Shown piece by piece: positions 26,714-38,162 of a DNA stretch of 64,000 nucleotides; the stretch's first letter is position 1, and each line of letters opens with the position of its first letter. The translations under genes were made by a program, and so were the position numbers. The stretch covers positions 12,626,828 to 12,690,827 of the forward strand of contig OZ316894.1 of NCBI GenBank assembly GCA_973895155.1, written 5' to 3'. The stretch comes from Marsupella aquatica. Its lineage: Eukaryota > Plantae > Marchantiophyta. The notes below the pieces were generated by a model. The model did no database searches and was not told the DNA's origin. It saw only the letters and a program-made list of their open reading frames with translations.

Positions 26714-27074
26714 GGGCCACTTTACAAGACGGGCGCGGCAATTTGAGTGCTTTCTACCAGGGCTGTTACAGAGCCCAACTTAATGTGTACGTTAGGACTC
26801 TAGACCAATCCAAGGCAGGAATCGTAGGAGCAAGCGGCCTGCCCATTTTTGCACCTCCGGAGGTCCGATAGTCTAGCGCCCAGATGAGAGTCCCGAGCCG
26901 GCTGGTCCAAGTTGATCCATACCAGAATGCAGGTTTGGTCGTTCCCGCAGCTCAACTTGCCGCGCCAGTATTCTAAAGCAAGAACCACCCGGGCAGGCTG
27001 AAACAACGGTCGTGATTGATTCGATCCTGAAAAAAGAGAGACTACATTGTCGTGCCCGTCTTGTCAAGTGGCCC
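26714..27074. mobile_element. PIF/Harbinger (Tourist-like) MITE
   Basis: ~29-bp TIRs GGGCCACTTTACAAGACGGGCGCGGCAAT and ATTGTCGTGCCCGTCTTGTCAAGTGGCCC with 3 mismatches. TTA target-site duplication at 26711-26713 and 27075-27077. Confidence 0.9.
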
Positions 27075-29910
27075 TTATCTGCCATATAGCATGTTCATCC
27101 TGGAAATCACTTTTTTTTTGTCTTGTAGTAATTATGTAATTCATTTAATTTATTTTATGATAAAAGAAGTAAGTACATGTAAAGTATAATTATGCAAATA
27201 AATTTATATCTGTTAATTAAGAGTCAACGACATAACACACAAAGCCATAAATACACATGCAAAGAAAAGTACAAAAGTACTAAAGAGTTGTGCACATACA
27301 CTGCAAATTTTCATTTGCTTCTAGGTAATGACAGTCAACTCAATTAAAACCATAAGTTTTGTAAAGGAAACCACGAGGGGAACTTAGTACACCAGATGTG
27401 CACATTGTTCAAATTCATTTCTCTCACTCTCGTGAGACAAAAGATATTTCACTAAGGAGTCATCGAAAAGGGTAGATAAAACATTTATGAGAGGAGCCAG
27501 ATACATTAAGTTCACTAACATTAAATGGGGTCCAAAATTTAATTCAAAATCAAATTAATATAAATGATTCACCTTGTTAAGTAAAATTAAAATCAAAATA
27601 CTGGGCACAAAATCTAAATGAGACAAAAACTGAAAGGTGTATTCACCATATAGCATGTTCATCCCATGTGATAGGGTTATCTGCCCCTACAACCATGGAA
27701 CTTGTGGATTGAATTTCAGAACTTGTTTGCTACGACTGAGTTATTCAGAGGAGCTATGTTCAATGAGCTGAATAGAAACTTCCAAATTGGAATACTGTCA
27801 CAGGATATACTGTCCTGGACATACACTGTCACGCAATTCCTGAAAGGAAAGAGATCTCTTCAAAAGCCTCATTTAATTATTTGAATAAGTCTCATGACCA
27901 GAGTAGTCTGTCAAAGGCTTTGAATGTCACAAAATACTTTGATGCCTTTCATAAGATGTAACCAAGCTTGAGAAATCATACCAAAATCTAGTCAGAAACC
28001 AAAAAAGCATGTTAATTGCAAACGACTAAGGCATACTGGGATTGACTCTCCTTAGAATGGCATCTCCAGGGATATCTGTGTCAAATTAAAATTAATACAA
28101 TTAAAAAGAGTTATATACAATTGGTGATAAGCAAATTGGTCAAGCAGACCTCTGTACTGGTTAGATAAAACAAAAGCATATTCACAGGAATACTAAGTAC
28201 TGTAGTACTCTTAAACTGGCTTTGTAGTGTCTAGTAGCAACATCATTGGAAGGTGGCCATCACTAGCTACGGGACTTCCGTGCACCATCAAGATGGGCGA
28301 TATTATTCAGGAAAATTATAACCTTTTCAAAGAGTCTTAACAAACTTAAATTTGCAAATTGACCTTGATCTTACAAGGATGGTTAATGCATTTGACAAAA
28401 GGATTAGATGATCTTCATAGTGGTTGATAATTAGCATCTTTGTGGTTTGCCCGCTAGAAGCAATTAATGATCCTACTTCATTGCATTTTTCTGAGCTTTC
28501 CATATTAGTAGGGCAAAATCTTTCCTATAAAGGTCAGCCCAGTTTGTGTTTGCACTGTGGTCCCGATCCTCAATTGCTTTGTTATGTTGTATCCTGCCCC
28601 TTGATACATTTGGACATCTGGGGAATTCACACTTAGTCAATTCATCCATTTACTCTGGTCAAAGGTCCCTTTTTTAGGAGAATGATAGGTATCAAAGGTG
28701 CATGTATACAGTCTACCGTGTCTGAGTGCAGGCTCCCGAAAAGACACCCCAAGCCTGCAGTTATACACGGTATGCACTACGTAATAAATGCATTATCTTC
28801 ATATCATGCACTTATGGGTATGTGCCAGCGTTCGAGTTGGCGCACTTATGCACGGAAGCTCACTATTTTGATCAGTCTGCAGTGTCAAAGGATAAACTAA
28901 AGGCATATACTTGGCATTCGACAGGTTGAGTTTGTAGTAGAAAATGTATGAGAAGGTGCTAAAATTGAAGCAATGGCATTTGAACTCCATGACACAATCA
29001 ATTGTGTACATTCGCCAAATGAATCAAAGAAATAAATTCTGGGAGTGTGATTAGAAACTTGCATTCCAATTGAACAGATGGAATGTTGTGATACAAAATT
29101 CAGTTCCTAGTCGACTGAGACATTGATCTGCTTACTTGGAAACAATGCGGAATCTACATGTCAACTTCTCAACGTAGACCTACTTGCCATCAGATTATTG
29201 ACGGCCAGTCTGAATGTGCCACTACTCTAGTGACAAAGGTGGTTCCTCCAAATCAATATAGAAGGGCTCCTTTGATACAAGCTTCCCAATGCACATAGCA
29301 GCTAGCAGACAGCCAGTCCCAATGGACAGTGTAAATTCACTCAAACAACTTACTTGGGCAATGCTTGCAGATGCAGTGGGTTGCCTCAATGGAAGTGGGT
29401 TGCCTCAATGGAATTGTAGATTGTTGTCACCACATGGGAAGTATCTACATTGATTTCCGACGTAAGTATCCCTCCAAGCATCTCAAAATGTTGTTTCAGA
29501 AAAATATATCTCCCACGACAGACTCTTCCATCTTAAATCAAATGGCTTGTACAGTCCACGTAGGCGAGCTGCTTCCTGACTCTCAATCAACACTCATTTA
29601 CGCTTCCATTGCTTTGGCTCCTTGCTGCTGCTTGCACCGATTGTCATTGCCAAGGCATTGCTAGCTTCCTTCCCCATCGCCAACTCCCAAAGACTCACAA
29701 AAAGGTGAGAAGAAAAGGCAACACAAAAAAACCCCAAAATGACCCAAAAAACATTGTGCAAGCCTGACTCCTCCCGGGCACAAGAGAGGCCATCCCGCCA
29801 ATGTATTCTCTATTCCTAAAGCACATAACAAATGTGCAAGACATGCAGCTAGAGTACTTACACACTAAATTAGAGCTCTAGTGAGTCCATATCGTCAAAG
29901 TAAAATTTCC

Positions 29911-31205
29911 TCATCCAAGGGGTTCAGCAGTCCACCTGGGAATTGCAGCGCCATCCTCCATGATGTCCTCATTGTCAAGCCCACAATTTGTAGCAAAGAA
30001 TTGGTCAATGTTTGATTGCTTTGAGCTCAAGCAAAACTTCTTGATTTTGTTCAATTCCAATGTCAGCGCATACTTATCACACTCTTGTCGCTGAAGAAAC
30101 TTTGTGGCACCCTCAAAATAAGCAATGTTTGTTGGAAATGAGATGTGGGGCTCAATCACTATCTCTCGTCTTGTACATCTTGAGCCTCGTCAGGATTCAC
30201 ATCCTATGCCTTAGATTCATTTGAGGCCTCATTGTCATCGTCTGCAATGTGATCAACCAAAAAATTGGCAATGTCTCCATTGCCAGTTGGAAATGTGGGA
30301 GCATTTTGAATGTTGTCTGCAGCTACATACTCATCTGCATCAAGTGTCACAAGATATGACAACTTTAATTGAATCAGATGGTCTGCTAGGTCCTCCAAAT
30401 TGTTACGCAGATCCTGATCATTTGTTGTTGCCTCCAACTCCAAGTTTATGTCCCGCCTGCAATGATTTGGCTTCCAATCCTTGTAATAAGTCACAAGCTG
30501 ACAATGCTCCCAACATTTGTGTGATTGTTTGTTGAGTGACTCCATCACCCCATGCTCTCACAACCATTGTCACAGCCTCGTAGACATCCATTTTGAACAT
30601 TTGTGAATTGTCAAAATCTTGCAGCTGCTTCTTAATGAAAAAATGTTGATACCAACAATTGAAACTCTCAATAATTCCAGCATCCGTAGGCTGAAATCTG
30701 CTTGTGGTGTGGCAGGGAGGAAGAAAAATTTCACCACCTTCAACTGGTCTGCAATAGGACCCAAGAGGTGTCCGTGGGCATTGTCCAGGAGGAGAGCCAC
30801 ATTTGTTCAACCCAAAGCCTTCATATGCTCCTTGAATCTCAGGATCCAAGCTTGGAAAACTATCCCTCTCATCTAGGCCTTCTTGTTGGCGTACCATTGA
30901 ATTCCAAGGTTTTCAAGCCGCTTGATTTTGCACAGTGTGAAAATTGAGGTTTCTCATACTTGTTGATCACTAGAGGAGGGAGCTTGATACTCCATCCATG
31001 TTTGAGGTTAATGCAATGGTGATTCGGTCCTTGCATTTCTTCTGCCCATTCACGACTTTGGCCCGCAAGCTCTTGTTCAGTTGCAGCTTGTAAAATAAAC
31101 CATTCTCATCCATGTTAAAGACATCTTTGTCTTTGAAAGCAGAGATGGTTGCCTTGAGGGCAAGAAATTGGTCCCACACTCCATCTCTGATCACACATGA
31201 ATCAC
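29911..31205 (-). pseudogene. pogo/Tigger (CENP-B-like, DDE_1) transposase, catalytic C-terminal part, degraded
   Basis: Motifs DVFNMDENGLFY...KKCKDRITIALTSNMDG, ALLLDNAHGH, LPP..TTSRFQPTDAGIIESF and DVYEAVTMVVRAW, spread over frameshifted ORFs. Confidence 0.88.
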
Positions 31206-31496
31206 CTTGGGGGTCTCATTATATGGATGCCTCCCCATCGCCTACAACATTTTTAGGCCTTGGACCCCTAAAATGTAAGAAAAATAAAAAATCTGACCCC
31301 TATAAAATTGGAATATTCTTGGAATATTCTAAAAATTTGGTTAGAAAGACCCTAATGTTTTTATAAGTCTCAAAATTGAATTTAAAAGACCCTATTGTTC
31401 TTCTACAAAATTCTTAAGTCTTCCCTTCAAACCAATAAAATAACCCTATCTTTTGTCGCACGTGATGTGCCATTTTTGTGAAGTGAAACCCCTAAG
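31206..31496. mobile_element. MITE family X copy A (8-bp TSD) inserted in the pogo transposase
   Basis: TGAATCAC is duplicated at 31198-31205 and 31497-31504 (9 bp if the next C is counted). Imperfect TIRs CTTGGGGGTCTCA and TGAAACCCCTAAG. Removing the insert restores the frame HGKGDS|CVIRDGVWDQF. Confidence 0.85.
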
Positions 31497-31692
31497 TGAA
31501 TCACCCTTGCCATGCAAGATTCACATCCAAATGTTATGTCGTCTCCTAAACCCTGTCAACCATCCCATTGAGAACTTGCATTCCTTCAATGCAGGGTTTG
31601 TTGTTTGTAATGCAATGTACATTTCCCATGCTTTCTCCATTAGAAGCTCATCCAAAAATGGCAGCCTTGCCTCCTACGCAATGAGAACCAGC
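31497..31692 (-). pseudogene. pogo transposase middle fragment (HTH_Tnp_Tc5/CENP-B HTH)
   Basis: Minus-strand translation EARLPFLDELLMEKAWEMYIAL...KFSMGWLTGFRRRHNI..ILHGKGDS matches the FxxSxGWLxxFKxR...HGE pattern. Confidence 0.85.
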
Positions 31693-32077
31693 CTCGAGGG
31701 GTCACTATATGGAGGGCCAACATCACGTGCGACGTTTTAGGGTTTGACCCCCCTAACTTATAAGTGAAAAATATTTTTTGCAAAACCCTTTCTTTCTTTA
31801 AATTTTGCCATTTTTATTAAAAAACCCCTAAAAACTTTAAAGAAAGTATTTTTTACCATTAAATAGGCCTATGTGTTCTTTAAAGTTGATCAGTCAATAA
31901 AACATGCCCTATGTGTTCTTCCACCAAACTTTGGAAGTCTTCCTTCACACTGTAAACGATAAAAATTACACCGGCGATATTATAGTTTTTTTTTAGGTTT
32001 AGAAGTGTCAACTAGAGGTCAACCAAGAGTATTTAGGAAGTAGTAAGCAAGGACCAGCGGTTATTCATTTTGTGGAG

Positions 32078-32675
32078 ATGACAGAAAGGCTGGAAGTGGG
32101 GGAGGCGACCATCATCTCGATTAATGGTCGTATAGGAGTCGAGTTCTGCTATGAAGGCTGCGATGGCCTACTCGCAGATGGCAGAGTATGTGCCTTAGGC
32201 ACAAGAGCTCGACAGAGAAGGCAAGGGGGGGTGAATATAGGAACCCCCGTTAGCAGGAATTGGTTAGCTCATGAGTGTAAGCGAAGGAGTGCCTATGTTC
32301 ATGTTCACTATTCGGATCAAAGAAGGAAGCTGTCATGTATGGGATGCGGCGGGGCAACAATTGTTCGGAATGAAGGGCGAAGAGTTCCGCCAACGATTCA
32401 CCACCGGCGAGGCCATCGAAGAACTCTGTAGAAAGGTCATGCGGAAGAAATGGAATCTGCTGCTAAGACGGGAGAACAGCCACAATCAGCGGATTACGTG
32501 GCGATTAATCACCGCCGAACAAGTAATCGTGGCCGGTGAACCGAGCAACCCCAAGGAAGATGACAGAAGTCAGGAGGTCGAGGCACATATGGCAAGATTA
32601 ACAATCGGAAGTCCGGAAGCTTCCGGATCAGGCGCAACCGAAGGGAATCGAGGAGGCCGTTGCACAGTTCAGTAA
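32078..32675 (+). pseudogene. Frameshifted ORF inside the LTR, resembling the RPA70 C-terminal OB-fold (putative ssDNA-binding protein)
   Basis: Joining ORFs 32072-32431 and 32271-32675 gives ATIISI...FCYEGC...VC...PMFMFTIRI...VWDAAGQQLFGMKGEEF...KKWNLLLR. This recalls the Rep_fac-A_C pattern ATIxxI...YxAC...Y.l...i.D.tG...FdeaaeqllG.sa.el. Recognised by eye only. Confidence 0.5.
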
Positions 32676-33422
32676 CCAGGAAGACAGAACTTCTTGACAT
32701 AGTAATCAACAGTTCTTGGCTTCCACTCATCGTTCTGGTAGGCATTAGTTAGCGTTCTTGATAAATGAGCGAAGGAGATCAAAGAGGAGGCGCGAGTCGT
32801 CCAACTATAATCGGCGCACCCCAAGAAGTAGTAGAGGCCTCGGGCGAAGACGGACGCGAGGCATAGGTATTTAGAGCCTGTGGAGCGCTAGGCGCTCTGT
32901 CACTTTTTGCTAGAAGTCTGGGGCAAGGTAGAGCTCCGCTCACCTTATGAATACCAGCAATTTTGTAATAGTGTCCCTACTCAGTTGAGTAGTTTTTGAG
33001 TATAAAGAGAGGTTTGGAATGAATGCAACAGAGTGAAGTCCGCACTTGAGCAGTGAATGAGAACGTCGAATCAGAGAGAGAGAGAAAGAGAGAAGGAATT
33101 TGCCTTATGCAGCAAGTCGTTACTCGTTAATCGCAACGATGAATGAATATTGTCTCATTGCGAACCAGAACCTTACGGGCCAGCGCCTCAAGGTATAGGT
33201 TGAACAGACAACTAGTGAAAAGCAGGGTCTGGTTGGAGATAGTGTGTTTTGAAGGCGATACACTGGTTGTCATACACCTCCATCATACAAGGGTAAACGT
33301 GATACTGGGGTACTTGCTTAGGGTAACCTTGTCATAGTCACCCACACAATCCGGAAATCAATTGCCAGGCAGGCAGATTCCAAGGACAGCCGGATTTAAT
33401 CAGGTCACGGTTACTAAAAACC

Positions 33423-33743
33423 ATGAATGTAGACAGCAGTGACGACAAGTCTTGCTCCTTGATTACCTTAAGATCACTGGAACTGTGGATCTGTTCTATC
33501 GGTACCCATCTTATTTCCCGTCAGTTACTATACGAGAACATTCCGATTTGCTTGATCACTTACCGCGAGTGCTGTGGGTTCATTGAGATTGTGTATAGAG
33601 AGGGGTTGGTGTTGGCCGAGGCTGAAGTGCCTAAGAAGTGGAAGACGGAACTCGACATTCAAGAGCACTTGGTCGGATTCACTTACGGGGACTGTGTCGA
33701 GATAGAAGGAGTGCCGCCTCTCGAAGGACGGTTAATCGTTTAA
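33423..33743 (+). CDS. Hypothetical 106-aa ORF in the 3' part of the LTR (second copy at 36001-36321)
   Basis: ATG-started ORF, open in both LTR copies, with protein-like composition. No family recognised. Confidence 0.35.
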   Translation: MNVDSSDDKSCSLITLRSLELWICSIGTHLISRQLLYENIPICLITYRECCGFIEIVYREGLVLAEAEVPKKWKTELDIQEHLVGFTYGDCVEIEGVPPLEGRLIV

Positions 33744-33809
33744 ACGAGATCACGGAGGAGAAGGTAGTTAAATGGCCATTAATCGCAAGGTCGAAGTTGG
33801 CGTTTAACA

Positions 33810-33832
33810 TTTTTGGCGACCATACTGGGGAA
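33810..33832 (+). other. Primer-binding-site-like motif
   Basis: TTTTTGGCGACCATACTGGGGA immediately follows the LTR-terminal CA and resembles the TGGCG...GGGGA PBS of Athila/Tat-type elements. Confidence 0.7.
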
Positions 33833-34606
33833 CGCCTCGTTGAGGGTTCCGAAAGAGGAGCAACTGCTACGACCAGCACTCCGAACCAAGAGAGAAACGC
33901 GCAAATCCAGAAAGGCGAATGGGGGACATGAACTCGCCGAAGGAGTTCTGGACGATGCTCTATTTTGAGAAGGATGCCGAAGCAGCAATCATAGCAACAC
34001 TGAACGAGAAAGAGCACTCGATACTAGCCAGCGGGAGAAGTCGGGCACGAGAAGGCGATGTTATGATAATTGCTTACACCACGCCCACACACACAGAGTT
34101 GGTACTTCGAGAAGCGCATGGAGGAACCTGGAACATGAGGAGGCGAGCAATTCATTTGCAATCCTCTGTTCGGAGCAGCGGTTACAGCAATGACCATGCC
34201 ACCAAGTGATCGATTACCTCAAGGCTACACGCAGTACTGCCTACCCAAGAGAAAGGAGGACCTTAGAAAACTCTTAGAATGGTGTCATTGGAATCGAAAT
34301 GAGTACCCGGTTGCGATAGCATTCCATATAGGCAGAATCGCTAGGAAATTAAGTTTAAACTAGAGGAAACCGCAGGAGCTTGCCCAAGATGTATGATGTG
34401 GAGTCAACATGATAGTTTTGAGATTTCTATGTTAAACCAGTTATTAACAATGTGCTTTAACGGGGAACTCATGGCTCCAGAAGCCTGCACTCCTAGTTTA
34501 AGCGAATAGGAGTCATTTCGCAGAGGGCATAGCCGCAGTTGAGCAAAGGAGAGAGAGGAACTGATTAATAGAAGTTATAGCATTAGTCAAGTTATAGCAG
34601 ACCACC

Positions 34607-35511
34607 TTGCAGGATATAGCAGAGAAGGTGGTGGGATGGAGTGCCACCGAAGAAGAGCACATTCAGAAGGTCGATTTGAGTGACACTGAACGACCACGAG
34701 AAGTAAAGATAGGGAAACACCTTTCCCCCGAGCTCAAAGAGGAACTTGTTACCCTACTCGCCGAATTCCGAGATGTTTTTGCCTGGGATTACACGAAGTT
34801 AAAGGGAGTTCCAGAGTCAATTGGCGTACATCGAATCTGACTCGTACCAGGATCAGTACCGGTGCAGACACAATGATATAGGATGAACCCCAACTATGCA
34901 GAAAAGGTAAAAGAAGAAATCCAAAGGCTCCTTGATGCCCAAATTCATTGAACCTGTTAAGCGTTATACGTGGCTATCCCCGATAGTCGTAGTACCTAAG
35001 AAAAATGGGAAGTTAAGAGTCTGCATTGATTTCAGAAAGTTAAACGCAGCGACCATAAAAGATCCTTTTCCGGTACCCTTTCTAGAAGCAGTTCTGGATG
35101 TGGTAGCAGGAAAGTCAGCTTACTCATTTTTAGATGGGTACAACGGGTACAGTCAGGTCCGGTTAGCCACAGAAGCAAGGGAGCTGACCACTTTCATTAC
35201 GGAATGGGGCGCTTTCCAGTGTCTCGTATTACCCTTTGGATTATGCAATGGGCCTAGTACATTCCAACGATTAATGATGATGTTATTTCATGAGTATTTG
35301 AATCAGTTTATGCAAATCTTCCTAGATGACTTCACCATATACGGAGAGGAAGAGCAACATATAGGTCATCTCAGATTATGCCTCTTAAGATGTAGGGAAG
35401 GGGGAATCAGCCTGAACCCTGATAAGTGCACCTTCTTTGTACCATCGGGCAAGATATTAGGACACATAGTTTGTAAACAGGGCTTGTTAGTAGACCCAGA
35501 TAAGATAAAAA
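34607..35511 (+). pseudogene. Truncated pol (pre-RT linker plus reverse transcriptase)
   Basis: EFRDVFAWDY, WLSPIVVVPKKNGKLRVCIDFRKLNAAT, SFLDGYNGYSQ, PFGLCNGPSTFQR and FLDD are present. There are two TGA stops and a frameshift near 34940, and the frame is fused to LTR sequence after VDPDKIK. Confidence 0.93.
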
Positions 35512-36387
35512 TCCGCTCACCTTATGAATACCAGCAATTTTGTAATAGTGTCCCTACTCAGTTGAGTAGTTTTTGAGTATAAAGAGAGAGTTTGGAATGA
35601 ATGCAACAGAGTGAAGTCCGCACTTGAGCAGTGAATGAGAACGTCGAATCAGAGAGAGAGAGAAAGAGAGAAGGAATTTGCCTTATGCAGCAAGTCGTTA
35701 CTCGTTAATCGCAACGATGAATGAATATTGTCTCATTGCGAACCAGAACCTTACGGGCCAGCGCCTCAAGGTATAGGTTGAACAGACAACTAGTGAAAAG
35801 CAGGGTCTGGTTGGAGATAGTGTGTTTTGAAGGCGATACACTGGTCGTCATACACCTCCATCATACAAGGGTAAACGTGATACTGGGGTACTTGCTTAGG
35901 GTAACCTTGTCATAGTCACCCACACAATCCGGAAATCAATTGCCAGGCAGGCAGATTCCAAGGACAGCCGGATTTAATCAGGTCACGGTTACTAAAAACC
36001 ATGAATGTAGACAGCAGTGACGACAAGTCTTGCTCCTTGATTACCTTAAGATCACTGGAACTGTGGATCTGTTCTATCGGTACCCATCTTATTTCCTGTC
36101 AGTTACTATACGAGAATATTCCGATTTGCTTGATCACTTACCGCGAGTGGTGTGGGTTCATTGAGATTGTGTATAGAGAGGGGTTGGTGTTGGCCGAGGC
36201 TGAAGTGCCTAAGAAGTGGAAGACGGAACTCGACATTCAAGAGCACTTGGTCGGATTCACTTATGGGGACTGTGTCGAGATAGAAGGAGTGCCGCCTCTC
36301 GAAGGACGGTTAATCATTTAAATGAGATCACGGAGGAGAAGGTAGTTAAACGGCCATTAATCGCAAGGTCGAAGTTGGCGTTTAACA
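35512..36387 (+). repeat. Truncated 3' LTR
   Basis: Copy of 32935-33809. By eye there are about 8 substitutions (mostly transitions) and 1 indel. Confidence 0.95.
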
Positions 36388-36448
36388 CACACCCATACTA
36401 TACTTCGTCGCACATGATGTGCCACTTCCGTGGAAGTGACCCCCCGAG

Positions 36449-36706
36449 AAACCACGTACAATGCCTCCTCCACAATTGGCACTTTGGGGTTCTTGTTCCT
36501 CTTCACCGCGTTGCTAGTGACACCCGAGAGGAAAGCAAAACTCTTCTTCAATACTCTACCAACAGTTTTCTGTGAACCTTCTCCCCAAACGTGGTCTGTA
36601 CCCACTCAACCAAATCCTTGTTATTCAGCCCATTATTCTGTTGCTTGTGCTTACAAATGTCTCACTTCTGCTTGTGGCTCAAGGTCGTCAACTTCTTTCC
36701 CCCCAT
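36449..36706 (-). pseudogene. pogo transposase N-terminal fragment (ABP1/psq-like HTH)
   Basis: MGGKKLTTLSHKQK*DICKHKQQNNGLNNKDLVEWVQTTFGEKV, then after a frameshift SQKTVGRVLKK...RNKNPKVPIVEEALY. It joins the 31497-31692 fragment once the nested insertions are removed. Confidence 0.8.
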
Positions 36707-38162
36707 GATGACAGCGCTTCAGAGAACAGTGTGTGTCCCTAGTTGAGTGTTGCTCTTTGTCAGTCCTAAACCTGGATGCACTTCACCTTCTCTAGTGTAA
36801 ACCTTGTGATTATGCTGTCAGGTCACACATAAATCTCTCATTCGGGCCTAAACCATCATACAGGCCCTGCCCAAATGCTTTAGTGCACTGTAGTACTCTA
36901 TTTGTTTGTTTGCAGCATTATTATGGATACTTACTTGTAAGTACTCTATGTAACTCTTTCAAACACTTATAAATAAAAGCGTCTTGTCTACCTTACGCAC
37001 TTACAGACGGTGCATATTTGGGCGCATTTACAAAGGAATGTGTTGTATTTTGGGGGGAAGACACCAACACCCTGCAGTTACCCACGGAATGCAATAATAA
37101 ACCACTTATCCACTATACACTTTAATGTCTTTGGACAGTAGCAGCCGTACCACCATTGTCAATAATTGAATACAAACATTTTTGAAATCAATCCTTACCA
37201 TTAAGGGAGGTGTTTACAAAAGATAGCAAAACAAGAAACAAGAGTTAATAACAGAAACTGGTAGCAGCAAAACAAAATTCGTAACAAGAAAATGGGTGGA
37301 ATTGTTTTTTGAAAAAAAAATTTGGAGACAAAAAAAGTTTTGTTTTTTCGGTTGACCAGTTTTTTTGCTAGCGCCCAAAGCTAGCCAAAAATGTTGCATT
37401 GTTATATTTTTTTTAAATGACATGTTTTAGGGGACATTTTTAAATTGTCATTTTTCTTGGTAATAGTGATTTTTTCCTGGTAACAGCATATTAAAAAGAG
37501 GAAAAAAAACTTCCTGTTTACCTGTTTCCTGTCTCCGTCGCTATACCCCCATTCAGGAATGATGAAGAATAGGTGGCATATCCTATAAGACAAAAAATAT
37601 TAATGTTGGAGTATTACTTGATGAACAATAGTCACAAGTGAACTTTTTGATAAGCACTCTGCACAACCCCTGAATTGTCATGCAAAATATGTGTGTTGAA
37701 CAAATGCCAATCGTCCGGCCCCTTTCTCTTGGAAGCTGCCAAGTGCCAGCCATAATCTTACCTTCCTGTGATGTTCATCTGTGAACATTGCAACGTACGT
37801 GCTGACAAAAACACTTCCAGCTAGTGAAGATGGATAAAGCTAACCTGGTTCACATTCATCAACTGAAATAGGCTTTGGGCATGTCATTGGCTCGAATATA
37901 CATAACAACACACAGAGCAAGCCTTGTCTTGCAAGGGTTGGTAGCGTGCCATGATTGGGCCATCAAGGGATTCAACAATAGCCAATGCTTCTCCTTGCTT
38001 GGAACTGGTAAAGGAGAAACACTCCGGGAGACTCATACAACAGTTTTGCTCATGTCACAGCCACTTACTGCCATACAACAGGATTTTATATGAATTCAAT
38101 CAAGTGGGATTGCCCCGGCCATGAAAATTTCTGGTTCTCCTTCTCCTCTTTTGCTCTCTGTT

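Larger units (their letters stand above)
31951..33809 (+). repeat. 5' LTR (1859 bp)
   Basis: TG...CA ends. Its last 875 bp are repeated at 35512-36387. TATA-like TATAAA at 33001 and a (GA)n tract at ~33073-33095. Confidence 0.88.
31951..36387 (+). mobile_element. Ty3/gypsy LTR retrotransposon (non-chromovirus, Tat/Athila-like), internally deleted
   Basis: TGTAAACG...CGTTTAACA termini and a 5-bp TSD CACAC (31946-31950 and 36388-36392). Contains a full 5' LTR, a PBS-like motif, an RT fragment and a truncated 3' LTR. RNase H, integrase and PPT were lost in the deletion at ~35511. Confidence 0.92.
31693..36448. mobile_element. MITE family X copy B, split by an LTR retrotransposon (arms 31693-31950 and 36388-36448)
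   Basis: Left TIR CTCGAGGGGTCACT...ACATCACGTGCGACG matches the reverse complement of the right end, CTCGGGGGGTCACT...ACATCATGTGCGACG. The TSD is degenerate (GAACCAGC / AAACCACG). Confidence 0.8.

Noticed and set aside
28190-37050. TIRs of the pogo element
   Set aside because: Candidate CAGT/TA ends near 36890 had no convincing inverted partner on the left.
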